Shown here piece after piece: positions 43,624-54,103 of a DNA stretch of 64,000 nucleotides; the stretch's first letter is position 1, and each line of letters begins with the position of its first letter. Origin of the DNA: Coleofasciculus sp. B1-GNL1-01 (GTDB lineage Bacteria > Cyanobacteriota > Cyanobacteriia > Cyanobacteriales > Coleofasciculaceae). The stretch lies in assembly GCA_040220235.1 (NCBI GenBank), contig JAVJTO010000063.1, one strand, 5' to 3'. A model generated the notes under the pieces. The model searched no databases. It was not told the DNA's origin and was given only the letters and a program-made list of their open reading frames with translations. The position numbers and the translations under genes are program-made.

Positions 43624-43825
43624 GAAAGTACTCCAATGTCTCCCCCTAACCGTAGCGCTAATTGATAAAACATGTCATCTATTTTTCGTAAGAGTTCTTC
43701 ATACGCCGTTACAAATTGGGGGAGCAGAGGGAGCAGAGGGAGCAGGGGAAGCAGAGGGAGCAGGAGGAGCTTACTATCAATCGCAAAACAAAAGTCCCGA
43801 AATCCGCCCCTACAGACTCAACACG

Positions 43826-45424
43826 TCAATTTTCCTGCTGATCCATGGGATTGTGCATCAGGGTTTCGAGTTGTCTGTCGAGATGGTGTAAGAGTTGGTT
43901 CAGGGTTGGTAGGGTTTCCACCGGAGGAAGGGAATAGCGATAAGAGCGATCGCGGATTTCATTGAGCTTGTGTTGGAGTTGTCCAGCGAGTTTAATCGCA
44001 TCCTGACCCAATCGTTCCACCTTTTGTTGTTGATAGAAGTTTAAAGGCGCTCCTCGCAAGAGTTGTAGCGTTGCCTCTTCCCCATGAATACCGGGTACTA
44101 GCCGCAAACACAATAGGAGGGATTCTTGCTGGTAAAGTCGCTCACTTTCGATCTGTTTGGGCTGGGTAATGGGCTGCAACGGCAGGTCAACTAAGCGCTT
44201 AAGCTCAATAATGATATCTTCAAAAACAGATACGCTTAATTTATCCAAGACAGACTGGGAAGAGCTATCCTGGCGCAAAACAACGCGACCCCGCTCAGAT
44301 TGTCGCTGAAAATACAGCCGACCAATTCCCCCCTGCAACAGACGCCCTAACAACTCTTCTACAATTTGATGGGGGGCTAAGGTTGCCAAAAATGCGATCG
44401 GACGAGATAAATAGAGAGGGTTTACATCCAAAGGTAGAAGAGCCTTAGTCGGGAGTGACCTTTGGAAAACTGGCGTCAGCGCCGTCTGAGCCGATACCGT
44501 TTTGCCAGAAGGATGCGGTGGTTGGGCTGGGGAATGATTAGACGATTGTGGCATCGGTTGAGGCGTTGCCGCCGATGGCTGGCTATCCTCTGGGTTAGGC
44601 ACATCAGAGGATTGGTTTAATTCGTCCTGGAGTTGACGGATATCATCGATAATCAGTGTTGGTTGAGATTCGCTAGCAGGAGAATTATTATTGGTTTTCG
44701 CCGCCGCTTCTGATTCCTCAGGCTGCACCGCCTCATTTTCAGTGTGGCTCACCTCATGGCTGGTTGGAAATTGAGAGGCTGTCGGTGGAGGATTATCAGT
44801 TGTCGCTGCATTAGAGGTTGATGGCTGGGGTTCAGTTGTTTCATCCTCCGTTAAATGGTCAGCATCACTTGGTTGCGGTTGAGACCCTCCTGGGGTAAAG
44901 TTGTGTTTCTGTGCCGCCGCTTGAGGAGAAGGGGTTGGTGGCTCAGGCGGATTCGCCTCATCTTCAGCTAAACTGGCATCATCAATAATTAGCGTTGCTT
45001 GTTCCGACCGAGGAATGGACTGTTGGCGCTCAGAGCGTTGCCTTTTCGGTGCTGTTTCACGATGACCTTGATTTAAATAAGCAGACAACATCGCTGTATG
45101 AGTGTTGGCGCTAATCTGTTCGACTTTGAGGGAACAGTTCATAAACGCCAGAATGCGACGGACATAATCAAGAGCCGTGGAGTCGTGGGTATCCACTATA
45201 CCCAGCTTAAGGTACTTGCCTTCCAGAGACAGGGGCAAGAATTGATGAAATAGACAGGCTTCAAAAGGCAGAATACTATCAATCAGCCGAAACATTTGCT
45301 CAGTATCCACGCCAGAGAGTTCTGACGCTTGAGAGGATGATTTAGACTGAACAGGAGTGTCCGCTCGTTCTGGGTCCTGTGGTGAGGGTAACATAATAAT
45401 TAATTTCTCCAGCCTGAGTATCAA
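43826..45424 (-). CDS. PilB/GspE N-terminal-domain protein lacking an ATPase domain
   Basis: LIDSILPFEACLFHQFLPL..LKLGIVD resembles T2SSE/PilB N1; long disordered linker; GIGRLYF...GIHGEEATLQLLRG resembles N2; no Walker A. The start may be the ATG at 45394. Confidence 0.6.
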   Translation of the reverse strand: MILRLEKLIIMLPSPQDPERADTPVQSKSSSQASELSGVDTEQMFRLIDSILPFEACLFHQFLPLSLEGKYLKLGIVDTHDSTALDYVRRILAFMNCSLKVEQISANTHTAMLSAYLNQGHRETAPKRQRSERQQSIPRSEQATLIIDDASLAEDEANPPEPPTPSPQAAAQKHNFTPGGSQPQPSDADHLTEDETTEPQPSTSNAATTDNPPPTASQFPTSHEVSHTENEAVQPEESEAAAKTNNNSPASESQPTLIIDDIRQLQDELNQSSDVPNPEDSQPSAATPQPMPQSSNHSPAQPPHPSGKTVSAQTALTPVFQRSLPTKALLPLDVNPLYLSRPIAFLATLAPHQIVEELLGRLLQGGIGRLYFQRQSERGRVVLRQDSSSQSVLDKLSVSVFEDIIIELKRLVDLPLQPITQPKQIESERLYQQESLLLCLRLVPGIHGEEATLQLLRGAPLNFYQQQKVERLGQDAIKLAGQLQHKLNEIRDRSYRYSLPPVETLPTLNQLLHHLDRQLETLMHNPMDQQEN

Positions 45425-45560
45425 TCGGTTCAGATGCCCCAGGAGTCATAAGATATAGACTTTCCGGTTTGGGATTGGCAAAAAGGTTAGCTGTTAACCC
45501 TACTTCAATTTTTAACAACTTTGGTTAGGGAAGACACGGAATTGGCAAACGATCAATGTT

Positions 45561-46733
45561 CTAGGAAGAGCTACGGATGTCTTGAGCGGCTAAGTAGAGC
45601 TTACTCCATTCGCCCAGTGCCTGGTTATACTTCCAATTTAGATCCTTGGCAATGACATCTAGCGTTTTACCAGTTCTCAATTGTTGGAGTAGCTGGCGCT
45701 GTTGGTCGGTGAGACTTTGCCAATAATCTTGCCACTGTATGGGGGTTAACCCTAAGTTATGCTCTTTTAAGGATACCTCTAGCCAACTGGCAACTAATTC
45801 CGGCTTAACTTTCAGGGAAAAGACGCGAATGGCATGGTAACTGATTTTTTCTCGCAAGCGATAAACCTTTTGGATCGGCAAGCCTAACGTCTTAGCGATC
45901 TCCTCTTGAGATTTCCCTTGCAGATACAGCCGTAACCATTGGGCGGCTTGGGCACCAACGTTTTGGTCGAGGTAGGTTTCAAATTCTTGGCGTACTGATA
46001 GACGCAGCGCTTGTTGCTCTTGCCAGACTTGAGTCTCTTGATAATCCGCGATCGCTTGATTATCTAATAAACTCACCGGAGCATCAGTATCATCGGAGGT
46101 AATCGACTCAGAGACAAATCGCACATTTTCCCCGCCAGGTAGATGCGTCATTCCACCGCGTCCCGATCGCTTGAGAAAATTGACAAATCGATAGACAACC
46201 AACGGCTGATTGCGGATCGGACGCATACAATATTCTTCAAGGGTGGTGAGTAAGAGGGCGTCACGTAAATGAATATCTTCACTACATTGAGCAATCCAAC
46301 CAATCTGCCCTTGGATATAGCGATCGCTGTTTAATAATTCCTGAATCACTTCTTGTAAGACATCCACCACAGCGCGTTGGCGATCGCGACTCAGAGACAC
46401 CCACGTCCGGATTTTATTCCGTAACGTCATTAAACTCGCTAACCGACTGGTCAAATTGCGATAGGCTTGCTCTGGAGTAACCCCCAAATAGCGCTGGCGT
46501 AAAATCCGATAGCGATAGTCCATCGCTTGGCAGACAATCTTGAGTTTGTCGGGTAGTAAGTGGTTTAACCGTTCCCTGTTTTCTCCCAGTAACCAGTGGA
46601 CAATGCTGGTTCTGATCGCTGGGCAATAGCCTGGATAGTCATTGGCTAAACGCTGTTGCCACTCTTGTTCGAGTTGATCTGCCAACCTTTCCATCAGATG
46701 GCACTCCTCTAACCCCTGTTTTAATGTTTGCAT
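45561..46733 (-). CDS. HetZ-related protein (sigma-like HTH regulator)
   Basis: YRILRQRYL, DVLQEVIQELL, LEEYCMRPIRNQPL, LYLQGKSQEEIAKTLGLPIQKVYRLREKISYHA (HTH); GGGGAG RBS. Confidence 0.78.
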   Translation of the reverse strand: MQTLKQGLEECHLMERLADQLEQEWQQRLANDYPGYCPAIRTSIVHWLLGENRERLNHLLPDKLKIVCQAMDYRYRILRQRYLGVTPEQAYRNLTSRLASLMTLRNKIRTWVSLSRDRQRAVVDVLQEVIQELLNSDRYIQGQIGWIAQCSEDIHLRDALLLTTLEEYCMRPIRNQPLVVYRFVNFLKRSGRGGMTHLPGGENVRFVSESITSDDTDAPVSLLDNQAIADYQETQVWQEQQALRLSVRQEFETYLDQNVGAQAAQWLRLYLQGKSQEEIAKTLGLPIQKVYRLREKISYHAIRVFSLKVKPELVASWLEVSLKEHNLGLTPIQWQDYWQSLTDQQRQLLQQLRTGKTLDVIAKDLNWKYNQALGEWSKLYLAAQDIRSSS

Positions 46734-47288
46734 AACAACTCCCCTTTCGTTGCACTGACTGTTTTGATAGACTCTGCTGTTCTAATTTCATCATTTCTAT
46801 CCTGAAATAGAAGTGATCGCCCTCCTGTGTTGCTTACAAGACAGTCACATCAGTATTTTGACCCAGAGTACGCCCTCGATGAGACTCGGATCTACCTTGA
46901 ACGTGTTTTGGATCACAAGCCCCTAAAAATGTGTTCTCCCGGCTTAACGATTGCATTTTGTGAACTCAATGCGGGGCAACCGTTGGTATCGATCAGGTAT
47001 AGGTTAAAACTCTCCAGATCAGGCTAGCATTTATCGATCAGTGACCCTCACGCGCCACTCAATCAAACCGAAGGAAGCAGCAGATGGCACAACCCCTACA
47101 ACAATGACCAGAAAAACAACAGCTTTAAAGCCCTGTGGACACAATCACCCTGTTCATTCCACCCTCATGGGGTTGATCTTGTTTCATCCTATCGCGATCT
47201 CTGGAACAGGATAATATCTGTTAACCTGATCAACATTATTATTTTGATACACTCGTACCACACAACGAACCTGAACTGACCTACACCT

Positions 47289-50200
47289 ATGGTGCATGTT
47301 AAGCGCCTGGAACTCACTAATTTTAAATCCTTCGGCGGCACGACTCAAATTCCGATGTTGCCCGGATTTACTGTGGTTTCCGGACCTAATGGGTCAGGAA
47401 AATCCAATATCCTCGATGCTCTCCTCTTTTGTCTAGGGCTATCCAGTTCCAAGGGAATGCGGGCTGAACGTCTACCTGATCTGGTTAATCATAATAAAGA
47501 ACGACGGAGTACGGTTGAAGCTAGGGTTACGGTGACATTTGACCTATCTGACGCACCCGATATTCTAGTGGTAGAAGAGATACCGGAAAACTCGGAATCA
47601 GATGCAGATGAGGAAGCCGAGGCAGAGGAAACAGAGGAATCAGAGGAAGACAATCCCAACTCCCAACCCTCAACTCCCCAATCAACAGAATGGACTGTGA
47701 CAAGGCGGCTGCGGGTGACTAAGCAAAACACCTACACCTCGACCTACTATATTAACGGTGAATCCTGCACGCTGACTCAACTGCACGAACAGCTCAACCG
47801 CCTGCGAGTCTATCCCGAAGGCTATAATGTGGTGTTACAAGGGGATGTTACCAGCATCATCTCCATGAACTCGCGAGAACGGCGGGAGATTATTGATGAA
47901 TTAGCCGGAGTCGCCGCCTTTGACCGCAAAATTACCCAGACGAAAGATACCCTGAATGAGGTGAAAGAACGGGAAGATCGCTGTCGGATTATTGAAAAAG
48001 AACTGATCACGCAACGCGATCGCTTGGCGGCGGATCGGATTAAAGCAGAGAAATACAAAAAGCTGCGGGCGGAACTCCAGGAAAAACAACAATGGGAACT
48101 CGTCCTCAAATGGCGATCGCTTCAACAACAGGTGGCGCATCTTACCTCTCTGATGGAGAAAGGAGAACAGGATGAACGCCAATTAACCCAGCAATTGCAT
48201 ACCATAGAATCAGATATTCGTCAAGGGACAAAACAACTCGAAACCCTCAACGCCCGTGTCAAAGCCTTGGGTGAAGAAGAACAAGTCGCCGTATCCGCCA
48301 CCCTAGCCAGCCAAGACGCCGAACGCCGCCAGTTACAACGCCGCCAACAGGAACTGATCCAAAACCTAGCGGATACCGAGGCGAACCAACAAAACACCCA
48401 AAACGAGATTCAGCAACAGGAACAACGCCTGCAACAGCTTCAGGCTGAACGCCACCATCTCGACACCCAAATTATCGCCTCACGCCGCCAAGAACGGGAT
48501 GCGGCTCAAACCGCCCTGAACGCCAGCCGAGAACAAGCGGATGCGATCGCCTCAGCTTCAGAGGCTTGGGTGCAGCACCAAAACACCCTCACCCGCCAAA
48601 TTGAAACTCGGCTGCAAACCCTGAATCCCCAGCGCACTGAACAAGCCCAACTCCAAGAACGGCATAACCAACTTAGCCGCCAAATTGACGAACAAACCCA
48701 GCTTTTAGAACGCATCGCCCCCGAACTTGCCAGCAAACAGACCCAAGCGGCAGAATTAGAGGGGCAATTAAACGCCGTCTCGCAACAGATTCAAACCCTT
48801 GCCCAAACCTTAGCCGCTACGGAACAAGAGTTACAAACCCAACGGCAAACCCAAACCCGCCTCCTGTCCGAACAACGGGATAAACAGCGTCAACTGGATA
48901 AGTTAGAAGCCCAAGCACAGGCACAGCAAGAAGCCCAAGGCACTTATGCGACTAAAATTGTTCTTCAGGCGGATATCCCCGGCGTTCATGGTTTAGTCGC
49001 CCAACTCGGTCGCGTCGAACCCCACTACCAACTTGCCCTGGAAACCGCCGCAGGTGGGCGTTTGGGGCATGTCGTGGTCGAAGATGATGCAGTAGCGGCG
49101 GTGGGGATCGAACTGCTCAAACAAAAACGTGCAGGGAGAGCGACATTTTTACCCTTAAATAAAATTAAGCCGCCTCGATTTTCCCCGATTGTGGCACTGC
49201 GCCATGCTCAAGGGTTTATTGACTACGCCGTACATTTAATCGATTGTGAGCCTCGATACCAAACCATTTTTGCCTATGTGTTTGGCTCAACCGTAGTGTT
49301 TGAAACCCTGAGTACGGCGCGTCCCTATTTAGGTCAATGCCGAATTGTCACATTGGACGGGGAACTTTTAGAAAGTAGTGGGGCGATGACCGGAGGAAGT
49401 AGTAGTTATCGGTCTGGATTACATTTTGGGATCAGTGATACCAGTGAATCAGCAGAGATGATGGCGTTGAGATCTCGTCTCCAAGATATTGAAGCCATGT
49501 TAAAGCGCTGTGACGAATGGCTGGAACGGGAATCAGTGACGGCTAAACAATTGACGCAAACCCTCACAGATGCCAGGGAAACCCGCTCCCAAACCCAATT
49601 ACGCCTAGAGCAATCCCGCAAAGACATCCAAGGGCTAACGGAACAACAAACTCAAGTGCGATCGCTCCTAGCTAAAAATACCCAGGAAGTCCAGACGGCG
49701 GCGGAACGGTTGCAGCAATTAAATCAGGATCTTCCCGCCCAAGAACACCAACTTCAAGCCTTACGTGAACAACTGGCGCAACTGGAAGCCGAGCAAACCC
49801 CCCAGGAATGGCAACAGATTCAGAGTCAAATTAAAACCCAGGAAGCCGTATTAGGCGATCGCGAACAGGCATTGCGAGAGGCGGAAAGACAACTGCAAGC
49901 CTTAGAGAATCAGCAGCAGCGAACGAATGAGAAGCTGGCGACAAGTTATCAACGGATTGCCGAATATCAAACCCAACAGCAATCGATCCAAGACCAGCAA
50001 ACCGAGATTAATCGTCAGCTTCAGGCAATAGATATTCAAATTGGACAAACCCAAGCCCGATTAACCCAGCTAGAGGAACGGTTAGGGGAAGCCAAACAAG
50101 AACGCGATCGCGTCGAGGCTATCCTGCGAAACCAGCACCTAAACCAGCAAAAGCTGTCTTGGCAACGGCAAAAACTCCAGGAAACCCAGGTGACAAGGCA

Positions 50201-51140
50201 GGAAAAACTGGCTACCCTAAAAACTCAACTGGACATTCAACAGGCTGAATTACCTGAGCCGTTGCCAGAGGTTCCCCTGATGGTAAAGACAGGAGATAAG
50301 GAAGATAAGGAAGATAAGGAAGATAGTAGAGACGTTCCGGTGGAACGTCTGACTCCGGCGGAACCTCTGGAAGATGAGGGAGTTAATCAACAGGATAGCG
50401 AGGCGGGTTTAGTTCCATCTGGGAGCCAAGAAAACGATAGTGGTGAAACCCGCCCCTACACAATTGCCCAAATCACCGTTCAATTGGAGAAGCTGCAACG
50501 GGATATCCGCAATGGTCAAAAACGACTTGAGGCAATGGAACCCGTGAATATGTTAGCCTTGGAAGAATACGATCACACCCAAGCCCGCCTACAGGAACTG
50601 TCAGAAAAACTGGCAACCCTAGAAGCAGAGCGAACGGAGCTATTGCTGCGAATTGAAAACTTTACCACCCTACGATTGAGAGCATTCAAAGAATCCTTTG
50701 ACGCGATTAATCAAAACTTCCAAGCCATTTTTGCCGAACTCTCTGAGGGCGACGGGCATCTGCAACTGGATGACGCCGATGATCCCTTTAACGGCGGACT
50801 GAACTTGGTGGCTCACCCCAAGGGCAAGCCAGTCCAACGATTGGCATCAATGTCCGGCGGCGAAAAATCTCTCACCGCCCTGAGTTTTATTTTCGCCCTA
50901 CAACGGTATCGACCGTCACCATTCTATGCCTTTGACGAAGTTGACATGTTTCTCGATGGGGCAAATGTCGAGCGATTAGCTAGAATGATCAAACAACAGG
51001 CTAAACTTGCCCAATTTATCGTTGTTAGTTTGCGCCGACCTATGATTGAATCTGCCGAGCGCACCATTGGTGTTACCCAAGCGAGAGGAGCGTATACTCA
51101 AGTCCTAGGATTGAAATTAGGGTCTGCCAAACGGGACTGA
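47289..51140 (+). CDS. smc: Chromosome segregation protein SMC
   Basis: FKSF, GPNGSGKSN, hinge (GVHGLVAQL, GRATFLPL, GAMTGG), MSGGEKS signature, FDEVDMFLD. Confidence 0.98.
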   Translation: MVHVKRLELTNFKSFGGTTQIPMLPGFTVVSGPNGSGKSNILDALLFCLGLSSSKGMRAERLPDLVNHNKERRSTVEARVTVTFDLSDAPDILVVEEIPENSESDADEEAEAEETEESEEDNPNSQPSTPQSTEWTVTRRLRVTKQNTYTSTYYINGESCTLTQLHEQLNRLRVYPEGYNVVLQGDVTSIISMNSRERREIIDELAGVAAFDRKITQTKDTLNEVKEREDRCRIIEKELITQRDRLAADRIKAEKYKKLRAELQEKQQWELVLKWRSLQQQVAHLTSLMEKGEQDERQLTQQLHTIESDIRQGTKQLETLNARVKALGEEEQVAVSATLASQDAERRQLQRRQQELIQNLADTEANQQNTQNEIQQQEQRLQQLQAERHHLDTQIIASRRQERDAAQTALNASREQADAIASASEAWVQHQNTLTRQIETRLQTLNPQRTEQAQLQERHNQLSRQIDEQTQLLERIAPELASKQTQAAELEGQLNAVSQQIQTLAQTLAATEQELQTQRQTQTRLLSEQRDKQRQLDKLEAQAQAQQEAQGTYATKIVLQADIPGVHGLVAQLGRVEPHYQLALETAAGGRLGHVVVEDDAVAAVGIELLKQKRAGRATFLPLNKIKPPRFSPIVALRHAQGFIDYAVHLIDCEPRYQTIFAYVFGSTVVFETLSTARPYLGQCRIVTLDGELLESSGAMTGGSSSYRSGLHFGISDTSESAEMMALRSRLQDIEAMLKRCDEWLERESVTAKQLTQTLTDARETRSQTQLRLEQSRKDIQGLTEQQTQVRSLLAKNTQEVQTAAERLQQLNQDLPAQEHQLQALREQLAQLEAEQTPQEWQQIQSQIKTQEAVLGDREQALREAERQLQALENQQQRTNEKLATSYQRIAEYQTQQQSIQDQQTEINRQLQAIDIQIGQTQARLTQLEERLGEAKQERDRVEAILRNQHLNQQKLSWQRQKLQETQVTRQEKLATLKTQLDIQQAELPEPLPEVPLMVKTGDKEDKEDKEDSRDVPVERLTPAEPLEDEGVNQQDSEAGLVPSGSQENDSGETRPYTIAQITVQLEKLQRDIRNGQKRLEAMEPVNMLALEEYDHTQARLQELSEKLATLEAERTELLLRIENFTTLRLRAFKESFDAINQNFQAIFAELSEGDGHLQLDDADDPFNGGLNLVAHPKGKPVQRLASMSGGEKSLTALSFIFALQRYRPSPFYAFDEVDMFLDGANVERLARMIKQQAKLAQFIVVSLRRPMIESAERTIGVTQARGAYTQVLGLKLGSAKRD

Positions 51141-51221
51141 TGTAGATTATATGTGATTATTAGCCTTGATACTATTGATAACTATTCCAGCAGGAGTCGA
51201 GATTCAGGATTGCAAGACATA

Positions 51222-52217
51222 ATGACAACTGAACTAATTCGTCAGCGCTCCGATTTTTTAAATACTCAGGTGATTACTCGCAATAACGGTAAGCGCCTCG
51301 GAGTCGTCAAGGAGCTGCTCGTAGATATTGATCGGCGCGAAGTTGTGGCATTAGGGTTACGAGACAACCTGCTCTCGCTGGCTGGAATGCCACAGTATAT
51401 GCTCCTCAGTAGCATTCAACAAGTGGGTGATGTCATCCTGGTTGAGGATGAGGATGTGGTTGAGGATGTTGACGTTGATGCCTACAGTACGCTGATCAAT
51501 AGCGAAGTGATTACCGAAACCGGGGAACTCTTAGGTCGGGTTCGAGGGTTCAAGTTTAGCGTAGAAGATGGCAAGGTGGCGTCTTTGATTATTGCCTCCT
51601 TGGGATTACCCCAAATCCCGGATCAGGTGATTAGTACTTATGAATTACCGATTGAGGAAATTGTCAGCAGTGGTCCAGACCGCCTCATTGTCTTTGAAGG
51701 TGCTCAAGAACGGCTGATTCAGCTAACCGTGGGTATTCTAGAGCGGATGGGGATTGGTAATCCGCCTTGGGAACGGGAAGAAGAGGAAGGCTACTACGCC
51801 CCCACCACCCGACCAGAAAATCAATTGGGGACAGGAATACCCGTTCGCACTCCCATTTCTCAACCCATCCAGACGGCGACACCCGTCGAGGAACGGTGGG
51901 ATGAGGATTGGCAAGAACCAGAACCGGAGCCGATACGCCAACAACGGGCAGAGCCAATTTATGCCGAAGCCCAACTGGAAGAGGATAATTGGGGGGATGA
52001 ATGGGAAGATTCCTCGCAATCAGCGCGTCGGTATGAAGAACCCCTTTATGCAGAACCTGAACCTTATGAGCCGCCGCACAAAGATGAGTACGCGGATTAT
52101 GAGGTAGAAGGGGATGCTTGGGAGGATAAAGTAGAGCCTGAACCCTATCAAGCGCCGCCCCTTAATATTCCCGAAAAGACGAAAACCCCAGAATATGAGG
52201 AAGAGGCGGGTTATTAG
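51222..52217 (+). CDS. Double PRC-barrel protein with an acidic C-terminal tail
   Basis: QVITRNNGKRLGVVKELLVD and EVITETGELLGRVRGFKF; start taken at the ATG at 51222. Confidence 0.88.
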   Translation: MTTELIRQRSDFLNTQVITRNNGKRLGVVKELLVDIDRREVVALGLRDNLLSLAGMPQYMLLSSIQQVGDVILVEDEDVVEDVDVDAYSTLINSEVITETGELLGRVRGFKFSVEDGKVASLIIASLGLPQIPDQVISTYELPIEEIVSSGPDRLIVFEGAQERLIQLTVGILERMGIGNPPWEREEEEGYYAPTTRPENQLGTGIPVRTPISQPIQTATPVEERWDEDWQEPEPEPIRQQRAEPIYAEAQLEEDNWGDEWEDSSQSARRYEEPLYAEPEPYEPPHKDEYADYEVEGDAWEDKVEPEPYQAPPLNIPEKTKTPEYEEEAGY

Positions 52218-52656
52218 CTTATCGGCAATTCATCGGTTCGGACTTCGGCGTGAACACTCAGTCGAACTACCCAAAACTTGTCTGGGGGAGAGTGCCATAG
52301 CTCAACTAGATTTGTGGCGATCGCACCGCCTTTAACCAACCGCTAAAAACTCTCCTGGGAACAAGTTACATCGGTTAAGCCAAGTTGCTGAAGTCCCATT
52401 GATGCTGGCGATGGCTGCTACAGCATTTTCAGACTCGATGTGAGTAATGCATAGCTGGCTAAGGGGGGAAATTAAAGCCATTTGAGTTCTTCGTTCCCTC
52501 CTTACCCCCTGTTTCCTCCCGGTTCCCTCCCCTTGATAAGGGGAGGGTTAGGGTGGGGTAGAGTCAAGGTATTACTTTCGTTTTAAGCTTAAGTTGACAC
52601 CAATGCTGTCAAACCCGCCCCTACACCTCGGCTTCCCGAAGTCAACTAACTAAATC

Positions 52657-53865
52657 ATGCAGTTTGCTCAACGTTTACAACCCCTGCAAGCCAATGTGTT
52701 TGCTGATATGGATCAGGCGAAGGCAAAAGCTAAAGCCTTGGGTCAAGATATTATTGACCTGTCATTAGGTTCCTCTGATTTATCAGCATCTGATCACGTC
52801 GTTGCTGCGATTGAAACCTCGCTGCATGACCCTAGCACTCATGGTTACTTGCTGTTTCATGGGACGCAAGGGTTTCGTCAGGCTGTAGCTAAGGTGTATA
52901 CTCAACGATTTGGTGTTCCGGTTGACCCAGAAACGGAGGTTCTGCCTCTGATTGGTTCTCAAGAGGGAACGGCACATTTACCCTTAGCGATTCTCAACCC
53001 TGGTGATTTTGCCTTGTTGCTTGATCCAGGGTATCCGTCTCATGTCGGTGGGGTGTATTTGGCAGGGGGTCAAATCTATGCCATGCCGCTGTTGGCAGAA
53101 AATCAGTTTTTACCTGTTTTTGAAGAGATTCCTGCCTCTGTGCTTGCCCAAGCTAGGATGATGGTGCTGAACTATCCTCATAATCCCACCAGCGCGATCG
53201 CACCGTTATCGTTTTTCCAGAAAGCGGTGGCTTTTTGTCGTCAGCATGACGTGGTTCTGGTTCACGATTTCCCCTATGCTGATTTGGTATTTTCCCCAGA
53301 TGGTACAGCACCCGCCAATCTTAAAGCCCTAGCGCCCTCAGTTTTACAAGCTGATCCCGATAAAGACATCTCGATTGAATTTTTTACCTTTTCTAAATCC
53401 TATAATATGGGCGGCTTTCGCATTGGGTATGCGATTGGAAATGCTCAACTGATTAAGGCACTGCGCCAAATCAAGGCGGTGGTGGATTTTAACCAGTATC
53501 GCGGAATTTTAAATGGTGCGATCGCGGCACTACAGGGAAATCAAGATGGTGTGCAAGCGATGGTGACTACGTTTCAGAAACGGCGGGATGCGTTTGTGCA
53601 GGCGTTAAATCGTATCGGTTGGCAGGTGTCACTTCCCCAAGCGACGATGTATGTCTGGGCAAAATTACCCCAACCTTGGGATCACAATTCGATTCAATTT
53701 TGCACCCAGTTAGTTGAGGAAACCGGAGTGGCGGCATCACCAGGGGCAGGGTTTGGCAAAGCTGGGGAAGGATATGTCCGCTTTGCTTTGGTGCATGAAC
53801 CTGAGGTGTTAGAAACAGCCGTGCAGCGAATAGCGGGATTTTTGCGATCGCATAAGCATAAGTAG
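52657..53865 (+). CDS. PLP-dependent class I aminotransferase (LL-diaminopimelate aminotransferase-like)
   Basis: IGSQEG, NYPHNPT, HDFPY, FSKSYNMGGFRIG (PLP Lys), GEGYVRFAL. Confidence 0.9.
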   Translation: MQFAQRLQPLQANVFADMDQAKAKAKALGQDIIDLSLGSSDLSASDHVVAAIETSLHDPSTHGYLLFHGTQGFRQAVAKVYTQRFGVPVDPETEVLPLIGSQEGTAHLPLAILNPGDFALLLDPGYPSHVGGVYLAGGQIYAMPLLAENQFLPVFEEIPASVLAQARMMVLNYPHNPTSAIAPLSFFQKAVAFCRQHDVVLVHDFPYADLVFSPDGTAPANLKALAPSVLQADPDKDISIEFFTFSKSYNMGGFRIGYAIGNAQLIKALRQIKAVVDFNQYRGILNGAIAALQGNQDGVQAMVTTFQKRRDAFVQALNRIGWQVSLPQATMYVWAKLPQPWDHNSIQFCTQLVEETGVAASPGAGFGKAGEGYVRFALVHEPEVLETAVQRIAGFLRSHKHK

Positions 53866-54079
53866 GGTTTGCTGAATAAGTGTTGTGGTGAGGGGGAGCT
53901 GGGGGAGCTGGGGGAGCTGGGGAAGCTGGGGGAGCTGGGGGAGCAAGGGTACATTTGCCCTGAGCCAGGTGATGCCATACTTATGAAGGATGCTACCCCA
54001 TTTCCTTGCACTTTATCCACTGTCAATATGGCTCAAAGCATTGCTTGATATGGGTTTCGGATTTTTGCAGCCAGCCATA
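53863..54079. mobile_element. About 215-bp MITE, copy 1 (left flank of the caspase-STAND gene)
   Basis: TAGGGTTTGCTGAATAAG...TGCAGCCAGCCATA; shares GGTGATGCCATACTTATGAAGGATGCTACCCCATTTCCTTG with copy 2. Confidence 0.8.
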
Positions 54080-54103
54080 AGTAACGGTGGAGCTACTCTC
54101 TGC

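Noticed and set aside
43259..43965. 210-aa and 97-aa plus-strand ORFs
   Set aside because: They are antisense to the ferredoxin-like and PilB-like genes and run through a GAGCAGAGG tandem repeat; no family features.
46734..47288. HetR box or ncRNA in the HetZ-related/smc divergent gap
   Set aside because: No clear GGG-N5-CCC palindrome or recognisable RNA family found by eye.
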